DNA of 64,000 bases from Vicugna vicugna (lineage: Eukaryota), in NCBI GenBank assembly GCA_013265495.1, contig MU058824.1, forward strand, positions 3,561,111 through 3,625,110. Reading direction: 5' to 3'. Shown here piece after piece: positions 50,400 through 62,177 of this stretch (the first letter of the stretch is position 1; each line of letters starts with the position of its first letter). The notes under the pieces are model-generated. The model made no database searches, had not been told where the DNA came from, and saw nothing but the letters and a program-made list of their open reading frames with translations. Both the position numbers and the translations under genes were made by a program.

Positions 50400-50630
50400 C
50401 CTGAACCTCACCTTTAGCAACTGCAGGTATAATCCGATTAATTTAAATGGTTATTACTGCCCTTTGGAATTCTAATTAGCCAGGGGGAGAGCAGAGGCTG
50501 AAAGCATTTGGAGGTTGTAGGGGAGATTATTTTCCCAGAGTTTAAACTCTTGGAGAAGCACCCCTATATAAGTTCTATCCACCCCTTTAGGCAGTAGGAC
50601 TGGGGGTGGGGTGGGAGGGAGGGCGGAATA
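50400..50630 (-). promoter_or_regulatory. Candidate internal promoter/enhancer
   Basis: GC/CACCC boxes 50602-50626, CCTATATAAG 50563-50572, TAATCCGATTA 50430-50440, donor AAG|GTGAGG at 50412. Confidence 0.35.
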
Positions 50631-51139
50631 ATTACAGTAATGAAAGCATACAAAAAGGAAAGAAAAGGAAAGAAAGACCAGAAGAAAGGAGAAATGAGGA
50701 GAGAAGAGGGAAAAAATATATGGGAAAAAAAATTTCAACATACTTTCCAAAAAATGCAAAGCAAAACCTAATGCACTTTTAGTAAGTACAGCAACCAAAA
50801 AAGAAACTTGCCAGAAAATGTTTGGATAGATATTTGGACTGGAATCTTAATTACGAGAAATTAGAAAGACACAAAAATAAGTAAAATTACTTTTTACATA
50901 GGAAAAGATTTATTTATCATACTTATCTACAAAGCAAAAGTTCCAAGGGCTTCTAGTCCCCAAAATGTTTTTCTAAACTTGCCCATTTAATGTACCCATG
51001 AACAGGCCAGTTTCCTCATGTGGGTTCTAACACGTGCACTCTTCAACAATGTGAGGCACGAAATCAGAGTGAGGAGAGGCTCATACCTAAAGTTTCAAAT
51101 GCTAGGCCTTTAGGTTGATTTCAAAAATACATCAGGAGT

Positions 51140-52980
51140 TGCAGACCCAGATGAGATGAAATAAGCACACTCTACCCTGTCTTTCCCACTGAATACAGGT
51201 ATAAAAACCTGGACAGAATACATAAAGCAGCTATTTAAGGACCCTGAAGAGCAAACATTAGCAGACAGACTGGGGAAGATCAGAATTTGAATTATCACCA
51301 AACTGGTGATGTGTTTATCATCTTTCCCTCTTTATTATTCTCTTGGCTAGACTCAACACAGCAGAAACCTAAAAACGGGCAGAAAGAGGGAACTCCAGGC
51401 CAAGTCCTTTAGTTGTAGCTTGAGGAGCAGGAAAGGAGTCTTAATGCTCATAGAAGAGAAAATTCCCCATGTTTGCCTTCTTTTCAATATTCTCTGGTAC
51501 CCTAGCCCCCAAGCAATCTTGTGATGGTGGAGGAGGAAGTTACAGCAGCAGCAATGGATCCTGGAGTCTAAACTCTGAGGGAGGAAAACTTCTTCTTCAA
51601 GAGGATGGCATAAATTCCATGCTTACTTTTTTCTATCTTTCAGCTACTTGGCCCTAAATGTAGGCACAGTTGTGAGAAGTATGCAGCAGAAAGGGATAAC
51701 TAAATCCCCAACTCTGTGGCTGGAGGATCAAAATGGGGAGGCCCAGGTAACCAAAAAGTATCGGGGAGATTGTAAAGACAGAGCAGCTCAGAAAGCAATC
51801 CCATAAAGCTGTTTACGAACTTCTGGGCTCACTCCTAAACTGTGCATGCACAGAGCTGATGCTAAAATAAAATAGCACACCATAGACTCTGAGAACTGAA
51901 CTACAGGACAGACAACCACCCAGTTTACAGACTGGCCACTGTTTGACTCACTTGCAGTACAGATTCAGATAGCATTGCAAAGATTTTGTACAAGGAACTT
52001 ATTTTAGAACCACAACTCATAAGAGGCTGGTTACAACTTGCATCCTGAATCCAATCAGACTGATTGCCTACTAAAGCAAAAATACCAACATTCACCATAG
52101 GGTTTAAACAAGACACAGTCTCATAATGTAATGCTTAAATTGTCAAGGACACAGTCCAAAATAACTTGACACATGAAGAACCAGGAAAACCTCATTTTAT
52201 GAGAAATGATAATTAACAGATGCCAACACCGAAATACACAGATTTATCTGACAAAGATTTTTAAAAGAAGCTACTATGAAAACGCCTAACAGAGCAAGCA
52301 CTCTTAAAATGAGTGGAAAGATGGAAAATCTCATCAAAGAAATAAAAGATATAAAGATACAAAAGGAAAATTTAGAAACTGAAAAATACAGTTACCAAAA
52401 TGAAAATCCCATTGGACAGGCTTAATAGCCAAATAAATATGATAGAAGAAATAGCCACTGACCTTAAAGACAGATTCAGAGACTTGTGAGACAATAACAA
52501 GAGATCTAATACTCAGAAAGAAAAATTTTGAGGAAATAATGGCTGAAAACGCAAATTTTCAGCTTTACTTACATTACTTACAGAGGAGCAAAACTGGAGT
52601 GACTGAGAATTTCTCATCAGAAACCACAGAGGCCAGAAGTAAGTGGAATGACATTTTTAAGTGCTGACAGAAAAGTACTGTTAACTCAGACTTCTATGTT
52701 CAGGGGAAATCTCCTTCAAGAATGAAGGTGAAATAAAGATATTCTCAGATGAAGGAAAACTAAGAATTTCAGATCTGCTCTAAAAAACTACTAAGGGAAG
52801 TTCTTCAGAGAAAGGAAATATGACAGCAGAATTAAACTTGAACAACAGGAATAAGAGATGGCAACAGAAATGGTAATAGCCCCTCTCCTTTTGAGATCTT
52901 TAAAATATGTTTGAAAACAGAAGACAAAAGGTGTAAGTGTCTGATGGGGTTTTCAGTGTATGTAGATATAATACATAAGG
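51140..52980 (+). mobile_element. Old L1 5'UTR and ORF1 remnant
   Basis: gacacatgaagaaccaggaaaac, ttctcatcagaaaccacagaggccagaag...tggaatgacatttttaagtgctga, ccttcaagaatgaaggtgaaataaagatattctcagat. Confidence 0.85.
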
Positions 52981-53349
52981 CAAACAATATATCAAACAAC
53001 CCCCAACTCAAAGTAGGGCAAAAAGACTGTAAAACTACTACTTGTATGTTTCAAAGAAGGGCAACTGTGTGAAAAACCTGATTTCCATAGACTTTTAACA
53101 GCACAGACATTTTCCTCATTTCTTTTCCATTGATTCTCTCTTCTCCCAAAGTAGAAACAATGACATCAAACAGCTTGTAAGTATCTACTTGTGCATGATA
53201 CTGTCAAGACCACAAGCTGAAAAGAAATTATTTGCCCTTTCATGAGCTTACAATCTAAACTATTCAAATCCAACATAAAAGAAATGAGAAATAATGAAAC
53301 AATGAAGTTATAAACAAAAGAAATTATAAAAGTTATAAACAATAAATAA

Positions 53350-53487
53350 GGCAGGAGGGTACAGCTCAGTGGTGGAGCACGTGCTTGGCATGCACAGGGT
53401 CCTGGGTTCAAACCCCAGCACCTCCATATTAAAATAAATAAACCAAATTATCTCCCCTCTTGCCAATCAATCAATCATACAAAAAAC
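53350..53487 (+). mobile_element. tRNA-Ala-derived SINE (camelid vic-1-like)
   Basis: cagctcagtggtggagcacgtgcttggcatgcacagggtcctgggttcaaaccccagcacctcca plus the same aaataaataaacc tail as the 31659 copy. Confidence 0.9.
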
Positions 53488-54685
53488 ACAATGAATAATG
53501 ATTTAAAGGCTCAAATAAAATACATTTTATGCCAGTAAAATATCAATGTATTTACTGTACACAAAGAAAAAAGCTGAATAAGGTTCACTGGGCAATTGTT
53601 TTTTGCTTGTTTTATTTTAGAATGGCAACCTATTCCTGATAGAAAAATACACTTACTTTTTTGTAAGTGAAAGCTCCTTTTGAGTGCCAAATTGGAGAGA
53701 AGAGACTGTTCCATTTTATAAATCCCAGTTAGGTTATTGAGAAGGTGCAAATTCAGATACACAGAAACAAATACTTTGAAGAAATGCCAAAATCATCCCC
53801 CATGTATTAATTAAAGCCTAACCTTAGAAATAAATCATTTCATCTTTAATTCATCTTGTTAGTTCTTAAAGATTTTATTCTTGGCCTGCAGAAAAAATGA
53901 CTTTGAATCCGTTAATATTCTAAGAGTATAAATTTTGCTTACTTTTAAGTAAAATTCATGATATTCTGTAATACTAATACATTCTTAAAATGCAGCAAAA
54001 TTCAGTTTCTGCCAATTGTTTTGATGTGTTTGTAACACCCTAAAGATTAAACAGTATAATGTCATAAATCCTATTACAGTATATAATCTCTAAATTACAT
54101 TCAAGGGGATAAAAATATACAGCTTATTAATGAACTTTACATTTTCATGACACCCTTTATGCCAAATGTGTGAATCTAGTTACTTCAGATAAAAGTTTAT
54201 GAAAATCCACCTCTCATAGCTATTAAATAAAATATATTCTGCTCATCTTTGGAATCAGGTACTTTGAAAATGATGTCAGCCTTAGAAGTGGATTAACTTC
54301 TACTTCTTCTACCCCAGATTTCAAGATTTATTTATGTGCTATCCATAAGACATGGGATAGGAAGGAAAATTAAAGGAATAAACATTGAAAAATAAACAAT
54401 ATTAAACTAAATATATATCACACAATATGTTTAGAACATATTTTTAATATCCTGAAAAAAAAGATAGCAAAGTATATTTAACAAAAAAGATTCCTGCCCA
54501 CCTAAAAATCCCACTCATGCATGAAAGGCTCATTTTTCTGAGTAATAAGGGGGGGTGGAATAATACAACCTCCTAAATATTATTATGTAGATGTGTCAGG
54601 AAAAATAGTGCAATAGACTTACTGCATAATGAGATGCTAAGCAAACTGAAATTTTGAAAAATGAAATAGATGAGTGGACACCTAT

Positions 54686-55101
54686 TTATTAAAGTGCACT
54701 GAATAGTGTCCCTTTCAAAAAAGGTATGTTCAAGTTGTAATCCCCCAGTACCTGTGCATGTGAAGTTATTTGGAAATAAGAGCCTTCCGAATATAATTAA
54801 ATTGACATTATAAGAGAAGGGAGAGGGAAATTTGAGACCACACATACATTGCAGCAAGCCATGTGAAGACAAAGACAGAGAGTGGAATGAAGCATCTATA
54901 AAACAAAGGACCATCAAGGATTTTTGGCAGCCACCATCAGCTAGAAAAGAGGCATGAATAGGTTCTCTCAAGCCTCCAGAAGCAACTGACCCTGAAGACA
55001 CCTTGATTTCAGACTTCAGCCTCTAAAACTGTGAAAGAATAAATTGCTGTTTTAAGCCATCAAGTTTGTAGACCATGCTAGCAGCACTAGGAATTAATAC
55101 A
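54686..55101 (+). mobile_element. MLT1 (B/C-like) solo LTR
   Basis: tgaatagtgtccc...cccagtacctgtgcatgtgaagttatttggaaata...gccatgtgaagac...caccttgatttcagacttc...aataaattgctgttttaagcc...ctaggaattaataca. Confidence 0.9.
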
Positions 55102-56219
55102 CTCCTTAAGGAAAGTAGGAAACAAGAATGATTTGCACTTATACACAAACAATAAATCAATTTACTTATTTAAAGGCTACAAACTGTAACCTGGTATCCA
55201 CATTATTATATTATTCAACATCAGATCAAATGAAATACCCAGAATGGTAGACTTTTGCCAAACAAGTTTCCAAATGATGGTGGATAGTCACAATTCATAT
55301 GTCTGAACATACAATAGCAAAACGTCTTTTTAGGACTCTTTTAGACAGACAAAGAGACCTTGATTGACTAACTGTAGCTGTCTCCCATGATATATAGAAA
55401 CTGTCAGCCTAGTCTCTGCCAGTTGTCTCCTGAAATATAGACAAATAAATTCTGTACTAAGTTTTAAAGTCTGGTTCAAGGTGACAATGCATGCTAGGAG
55501 TAGGAAGGAATCCAGCGAGGTGCTAACAATTGACACAGGGAAAGCTGCTTATGAGGGATTCTGAAATCTAAGGAAGAATTCCAGAAAGAGAGGCATCAGG
55601 GGATTCAGGATGAGTAAGAGACTAGGGAGCAGAAACAAGATCCTGCCAAGCCCTACCAGTAAAAAATGGAACACTTCTTGCTCTCCCAGCTCTGGCATAT
55701 TTTTTTTTAAATGATTGTTCCCTTGATGGAAGCCAATAATGGGAATCTGGAAAAGTGTCATTAAGGACTGAATAACACAGGAACGACTCACTTTATCAGT
55801 GATCCAAAATACTGTCTGAATCTTCACATGACACAGACTAAGCTGATTCCTAAATTTATTAATTCAGTTAACATTATGATACACATATTATGTTGCTACA
55901 TAATAAGATCTGACACAGAAGCACTCAACAAGTGTTAGATGAACTGATCTGAACTAGAGAAGGCTTCTGAAATTTACAAAGTAGCATGCAGGATACAAGT
56001 ATAATGGACTCTGCTGAAAGACTCTTTTGAGTATCTATTTCTGTAGTTACAAAACACATCTGGAATAATATAATTACAATACAAACACAATGCAATAAAA
56101 GCCCACTATCTAACCAACACTGGGAAGAGAAAGAAAAGGGGCTCAAGGCAAGACAAAGAATTAAGCTTGAATTTACAAAACTACCAGATGGGGAAGAGGG
56201 AGTTAGGTTAAAGAGTAGA

Positions 56220-56440
56220 AGGCAACACAACACTGTCAAAGTATGTGGGCTCTGAAGCAAGCCTGTTTAGGTTGAAGTCCTGAGTCTCTTACTTACTTAG
56301 GGACATTACCTCTTTAGGCTTATTTCCTCATCTATAAATGAGGTGACAACAGTATTAATTCACTGGGTTGTTGTAAGGATGAAATGAATTAATACATGTA
56401 AAGTGCTCAGAAAAGTACAATAAGTAAACATTTACTATTA
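56220..56440 (+). mobile_element. MIR
   Basis: tttcctcatctataaatgaggtgacaacagta...gggttgttgtaaggatgaaatgaattaatacatgtaaagtgctcagaa. Confidence 0.85.
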
Positions 56441-56490
56441 GTACTCAAATTGTACTCATACTTGCCTAGTAACCTTAAGCAATTCACTGC

Positions 56491-56570
56491 TGGGTTGAAC
56501 CATATAAAATTATTATTTTTGTAGATCAAAACATTTTGAATATAGACCTTTTAAATGATTCAATGGAATA
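56491..56570. mobile_element. MADE2-like Mariner MITE (degenerate)
   Basis: ggttgaaccatataaaatt...tttttgtagatcaaaa...gaatat...atgattcaa with degenerate inverted ends. Confidence 0.6.
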
Positions 56571-57544
56571 AAAAAGAAAGAGCTGCTAAATCAAATTGCT
56601 AAGAGTGCCAGTGGGACCTAAGCCCTAAAAAGCTAGAATCAACCCAGCAATGTACTCACACTGTAGCTCTAAAACATAACTGAAGGAAAAGGATTCCTGC
56701 AGCAGGTTGAAAACAAATCACATTTCATATAATAAAGCATACAGGTCAAAAAGACTGACCTCTAAGGCAACCAGTATTTTTAAGTGAATTGACTTTGAAA
56801 ACTGAACTAATATTTTATATTCAAGTATCTATTCTCTCCTGAGTCACAAAATGAATGTTTTCACAATTTGAAAGGCACATATGGAACTGTATATTAAATT
56901 TTTAAATGTCTAATTTTGATTACACTAACATTTTACAAAGCTAATGCACATTTATAAGATTTTTAATGCAAAAACTGCTATGAAAAGTTTTTAATCAACA
57001 TATTATGAAAATACATTTTTATTTCATAAATGTCTGCAGTGATTTTAATATAAAATCACTCTTATTTTCCTAAATATTTACATACTATCTAAATCTACCT
57101 TAGAGTTTGCCAGTCTCTCAATCTGAAATGAGTACACTAAGACCTTAAAAAAAAAAATGACAGCACAAAGATAGCCAGTTTTCCACAAGCCTGTCTTACG
57201 TTCATCTTTTAATTTTTATAACCTAACTATGGATCTTTAAATGATATATAAAAATATATAAGTAAAAATAATAGTAATATTAAGTATAGCCTATAGACAA
57301 AATATAACTCCACATCTAATAAAAATTAAAATGCTATTCTTAAAGTTTTATAAAAGACTGATAACTGCAATTTTATAATTTTTTTAAAAATTCTTAAAAA
57401 AAGGCCAGGCTCAAACCTACACCCCATTAGTTTCATTCCTCTCAGCCTCAAATTAAGGCCTGACCTATCAAAGAAGAATGAACAGTAACAAGCTCTTCTG
57501 GTAATGATCTCTCTACAAACCAGAAATTTATATATTTCAACACT

Positions 57545-58010
57545 TTCCTTTTTTAAACTAAGCTATAATTCACATACCATAAAAATCATCCTTTTAAAGT
57601 GTACAATTCAGTGGCTTTTAATATATTCACAAAGATGTGCAACCATGACTTAATTCCAGAACATCTTCCATAAAACCCCACACTCATTTAAGTCACTCCC
57701 ATTCCCATCTCTTCCCAAGCTCTGGCAACTATTAATCTACTTTCTATCTCTATGAATTTGCTTATTTTGGACACTTCATAAATGGAATCACAGAATATGT
57801 AACCTTTTGTGTCTAGCTTCTTGCACTTAGCATAATGTTTTGAAAGTTTATGTATATTGTAGTATGAACCAGTACTTCATGCCTTTTATGGCTGAATAAT
57901 ATTCCATTCTAAGAAAGCACTGTATTTGATTTATCTATTCATCAACTGATGGGATTTGGATTCTTTGTATGTCTTGGCTATTATTAATGATGCTGCTATG
58001 AACATTCTTC
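57545..58010 (-). mobile_element. L1MB-like 3' end, antisense
   Basis: ataattcacataccataaaa...ttttaaagtgtacaattcagtgg...ctggcaactattaatctactttct...ccttttatggctgaataatattccatt. Confidence 0.9.
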
Positions 58011-59549
58011 GTCATTTCACCCCCTTTTAACATACATGACAAACTTCTAAAGTTAAAACAAATCAGAGGCACTAACACAAGTCTTTGAAGACTCTAAAGA
58101 CCTTGATAAAATTTCAAGTAGTTGCATATTCTTCTTTAGGTATAGACTCTGCTCTTCTGAGTTCATTCTTTTTCACTGAATATCATCCGAGCAAGTGAAA
58201 CAGAAAAAAAACTCATCTATGTTTTGCACACCATGAATAAATAAATAGAAAGTAGAAAGAAAGCTACAGCATAAAATAGTCTAAGTTTCTTACGTTGATC
58301 TTATCTGGCTTTTAAAAAACCTGCAAATCTCAGATTTAACTTGAGTATTTAAATATGATTAAAGTAATTCATTACATGATATAATTACAAATTTATAATT
58401 CAAGAATTTACCCATTACATATGCTTACATTTAAATATCTACATTTTTACGGTTTGAGCTGTTCTCCTAAAGCACTATGGCAAAAATTTCTGCTAAATAT
58501 CCAGGATTATTCTGATGGATCCGAAAAGACTGAAATCCCAAATATTTACTTTTTGTAAATAAAGTAACCAAATCATCCAAGATATCCAAAAACTGACTAG
58601 AGGTTAAAAAAGACTGATTAATTTTGTTGATTAGTTGATTGAAAATATTTTGATATAAATCTCCCTAAATATCTGCCTGAAAAATATAGACTATAGAGTC
58701 TTTATTTAAATTATATATAATGTGGCCAAGAAGTCCTAAGTGTTACAATTCGAACAAGAGTTTCCAATATATCAATTCAGTAACTTCGACTCCAATAATA
58801 TTTTTGTTTGCTTTATGACAAAGGACAACACAACAAAAATGTTATCAAAATAATGCAAAATTATTCATCTACAAATAGGTGACATGTTCAGACTACTCTA
58901 CCAAAATAAATACATCATTCAAAAAAATCCCAGTATTTTCTGAGATTATGGAACTATAACAATTTCTGAAAAATACTGTTTTACTATATACTAAATACTA
59001 AAAGCCACTGAATTGTACTACTTTCTTACTAGTGTTAGAATTTTTTACAACTATTTTTTTTAAACTAAATTTTACTTAGTAAAATTTTAGAGGCTATTTA
59101 TAGGAGAATTCTGCATTTAAAAATCTACTTCTAATAAGCTCCTATACGGAAGTTTTCATTTATTTAAAAAAAAAGAGAGACAAAGAGAGACAAACTAGCA
59201 TTCTATAATTTCTTTTTGCTATAATTTTAACTACATACTTAAACCAATTAAATTTAGTTTGTTGCATTTATAGAATATCAAATATACCCCAGGCCTAATA
59301 TTTAATTCAAAGTCAATAAATATTTATTGAGTGGTCTACTACATGCCTAACACTATGCTAAGCACTGGGGGAAAAAAAATAACCATTTTGGTTTTTCCTA
59401 TCTTTCTCCCTCCTTGTCTGTTTGGCCAACACATATAATCACTTGATGAAAGATGCCAGCAGGAGAGTACTACCTACCTTCATTTACTACACACTTGACT
59501 TAAATTTATACTCATGGTCTCTACACTCAGAATTCAAATAAATACTAAC

Positions 59550-60230
59550 TACAAAAAAGAATTCACAAGAATCTGTTTTTCTGTAGGGCACTCATCACTG
59601 AGGGGTAAAATTTTTCTCGTATGCATCATGAAGGAAGATCCTTTTTCCATGTTGTTGGCAAAACTGTCAATCATCTTGATGAGCAGCAAATAAATGAATG
59701 CCCAATGATGGGATTCTGTATTATCCTTAAAAAAGAAATCCATCAACTAAACATCAACAGGTAAATGTTTATACTCGACAGCCATCAATTTCAACTATCC
59801 ATGCAAAGAGACAGGTGAGCTGGACTGGTAAACCTCGAAATTAGAGAAGTATTAATCGTCTGCTTCCAGCCAATATAAACAGATGTTATTTTTAAGCAGG
59901 CAAAATCATCTCTTCCACTGAAATTTATTTGCAGCAGATAATGTTCTGTTACATTTTTAATCAAGCAGATGAAGTTACATTTAAATTGAAAATCTGCTTC
60001 ACTCAACTAATCAGGCAAGTAAAATTCAGAGATGATTGAATGGCATTACACAGCACACTATTACGGCAGGTAAATTGGGAAATTTACCTGTCACACCACA
60101 CAGCGTATTGTTCAGCCACTGCATCTGCAACTTAGAAGCAAAGCGCTAAGACAAAAAGGGAAAGGCATGTTAAACAGACTTATAAATCCATCACATTTTA
60201 TGAAAACATTATTAAGGCTGCCAGCAAAAT
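59550..60230. promoter_or_regulatory. Candidate TALE/HOX-type developmental enhancer
   Basis: Repeat-free block with TGATTGACAG (minus, 59664-59673), TGATGGAT twice (minus, 59738-59745 and 60186-60193), TGATTGAATGG (60033-60043), TGACAG (minus, 60088-60093). Confidence 0.5.
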
Positions 60231-60896
60231 AAATAAATAAATAAATAATTTTTAAAAGAAAAAGGAAAAAAAACACACCACCTCTCAAGGAATCAATGAA
60301 GATTTACATGGGTATGCTTATGTGTTTCTGGGAAATAACATGCCTGGTTATTTTGAAAATCAAGATACATCCTAGGCTAAGGAAAAAAAGAAAACATTAC
60401 ATCACAGCAAAAGGCAAAGAAACAATGACATCATATTCTTGATTTTATGTGGTCAAACATAAGAAAGGTAAACCAAACACTTTACCAAGACATAGATAAA
60501 ACAAGCAACATTATGTTGCTTCACAAAATAAAATGACTGACTTTTCAGTATACATCATTAGATTTATACACAGCAAAACACATTTAAAAAACTGTCAATT
60601 CACTCTACTTAAAAAATGCAGTCCATTTTAGTCACTTGTAGCTCCCTACACAACCGGAATGTTAATATCCATAAAAAAAAAAAATCTAGTGGCTATTCCA
60701 GTTGTCTTTCCACTGAAACCCAAAATTTACTTCCACTGCTTGATATCTGTAAACTCAAATACTTTCGCTACAACAGCTGAACTTAATATCACTGCTTACA
60801 TTTATCGTGAATTATTCCAACATCATGTACCAACACCAAGTTACATCTTTTACATTTTATTTATAATTTAGTTTCATCCTCACAACCTTTGAAATA

Positions 60897-61072
60897 TAGT
60901 TAGCCCTCCGTATCTGCAGGGGATTGATTCTAGGACCCCCGCCTCCTCCCCTACAGATACCAAAATTCAGATACTCAAGTCTCTTATATAAAATGACACA
61001 GGACAGTCAGTCTTCTGTATCTGCACATTCTGTTTCCATGAATTCAACCAACAGCAGACTGGAAAGCTGACT
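60897..61072. mobile_element. MER2/Tigger-type MITE
   Basis: ccctccgtatctgcaggggattgattctaggacccc...gataccaaaattcagatactcaagtctcttatataaaatg...gctgactg. Confidence 0.8.
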
Positions 61073-61102
61073 GCTTTATAAAGGCTCAAGTGCCAACCAT
61101 TG

Positions 61103-61217
61103 TTCCTTTCTCTTCCCTTCCTTTTCTCTCTTCTGTTTTTCCTCTTTCCTCCTTCCTTCAGTTTTACCTTCCCTTTCTTTCCTCTCTTCCCTTTTCCCTT
61201 TCTTCTTTTTTCCTTTC
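61103..61217. repeat. Polypyrimidine/polypurine low-complexity tract
   Basis: About 115 nt of almost pure C/T on plus. Confidence 0.9.
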
Positions 61218-61284
61218 GAGGTGGGGGGTGGGGGAGGGCCAGAAAGCAGAAACAGTAAATAGCACTGAATGACTGGGACAGAGT

Positions 61285-61745
61285 CCCTATATGCCCCATA
61301 GCCAGTTTTCCCTTTTAGTAACATCCTACATTAGTATGGTACACTTGTAAAATGTTAATAAACCAATATTGACTCATTATTAACTAAAATCCGTACCTTC
61401 TCTATAATTCTTTACTTTTCACTTGTTGTTTTTTTGTTCTAGGATCCCATCTGGGACAGCACATTACATTTAGTTGTCATGTCTCCTTAGGCTCCTATCA
61501 ACTGTGACAGTTTCTCAGACTTTCCTTCTTTTTTGATGACCATGTCAGCTTTAAGGAGTACTGATTGGGTATTTTGTAGAATGTCCCATAATTAAGATTT
61601 GTCTGTTTTTCTTATGGTTGGGCTGCCATTATGGGTTTGGGGGAGGAAGACCACAGAGATAAAGTGACATTCTTACCACCATCGTCTCAAGTGTAAATGC
61701 TATCAACATGACTTATCACTGATGGTAACAGTCTTGATCACCTGT
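61285..61745 (-). mobile_element. L1MC-like 3' region, antisense
   Basis: cacattacatttagttgtcatgtctccttaggctcct...gtgacagtttctcagactttcctt...gtattttgtagaatgtccc...gggaggaagaccacagag. Confidence 0.85.
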
Positions 61746-62018
61746 CTTATCATGGCACTTTGATTTAGCTGCAGCCTTCACAAAAACTGCATCTGCACTT
61801 TTCTAAGCTCTATAATGATATACTGCTATTCTTCATTGTTGCAGGTGATCACTGTAATAGCTACTCTCTTTAGGCATGACTCACGGGGGTAAAAAATAAA
61901 AGAAATCCAGCTGTGCTTCCCATGCTGCACAAAGATTAGTCTTTGAGTCACGATGCTGAGTTTTTCAAATTGACAGATATTCCTGACCTCCCCCTTTGCT
62001 TTCAAAGTTGGTCCAAAA

Positions 62019-62177
62019 CAGAGGCTCTCAACTTGGGCTGACCATTAGAATCATATATGCAGGAGCTCTTAAAAATGCTGTTGCCCAGGCCCCAATTTAA
62101 CCAGAATTCCTGGCCATTAGTAGCTTTTAAGAACTCTCCCGGTTATCCTACTAAAGAGCCCCAGTGGAGAACCACCG
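62019..62177. mobile_element. MER5A-like hAT-Charlie MITE
   Basis: ctctcaacttgggctgaccattagaatca...gagctcttaaaaatgctgttgcccaggcccc...gagaaccac. Confidence 0.75.

Noticed and set aside
53650..53669. CACTTAC-T6-GTAAGTG mini-hairpin with donor-like motifs on both strands
   Set aside because: 7-bp stem is expected by chance in 64 kb; exonic context of both donors is poor
54573..55001. Longest supplied ORF (142 aa)
   Set aside because: Mostly antisense to an MLT1 LTR; no recognisable domain
60967..61324. Lys/Arg/Glu-rich ORFs
   Set aside because: Translation of the polypurine tract and flanking TEs
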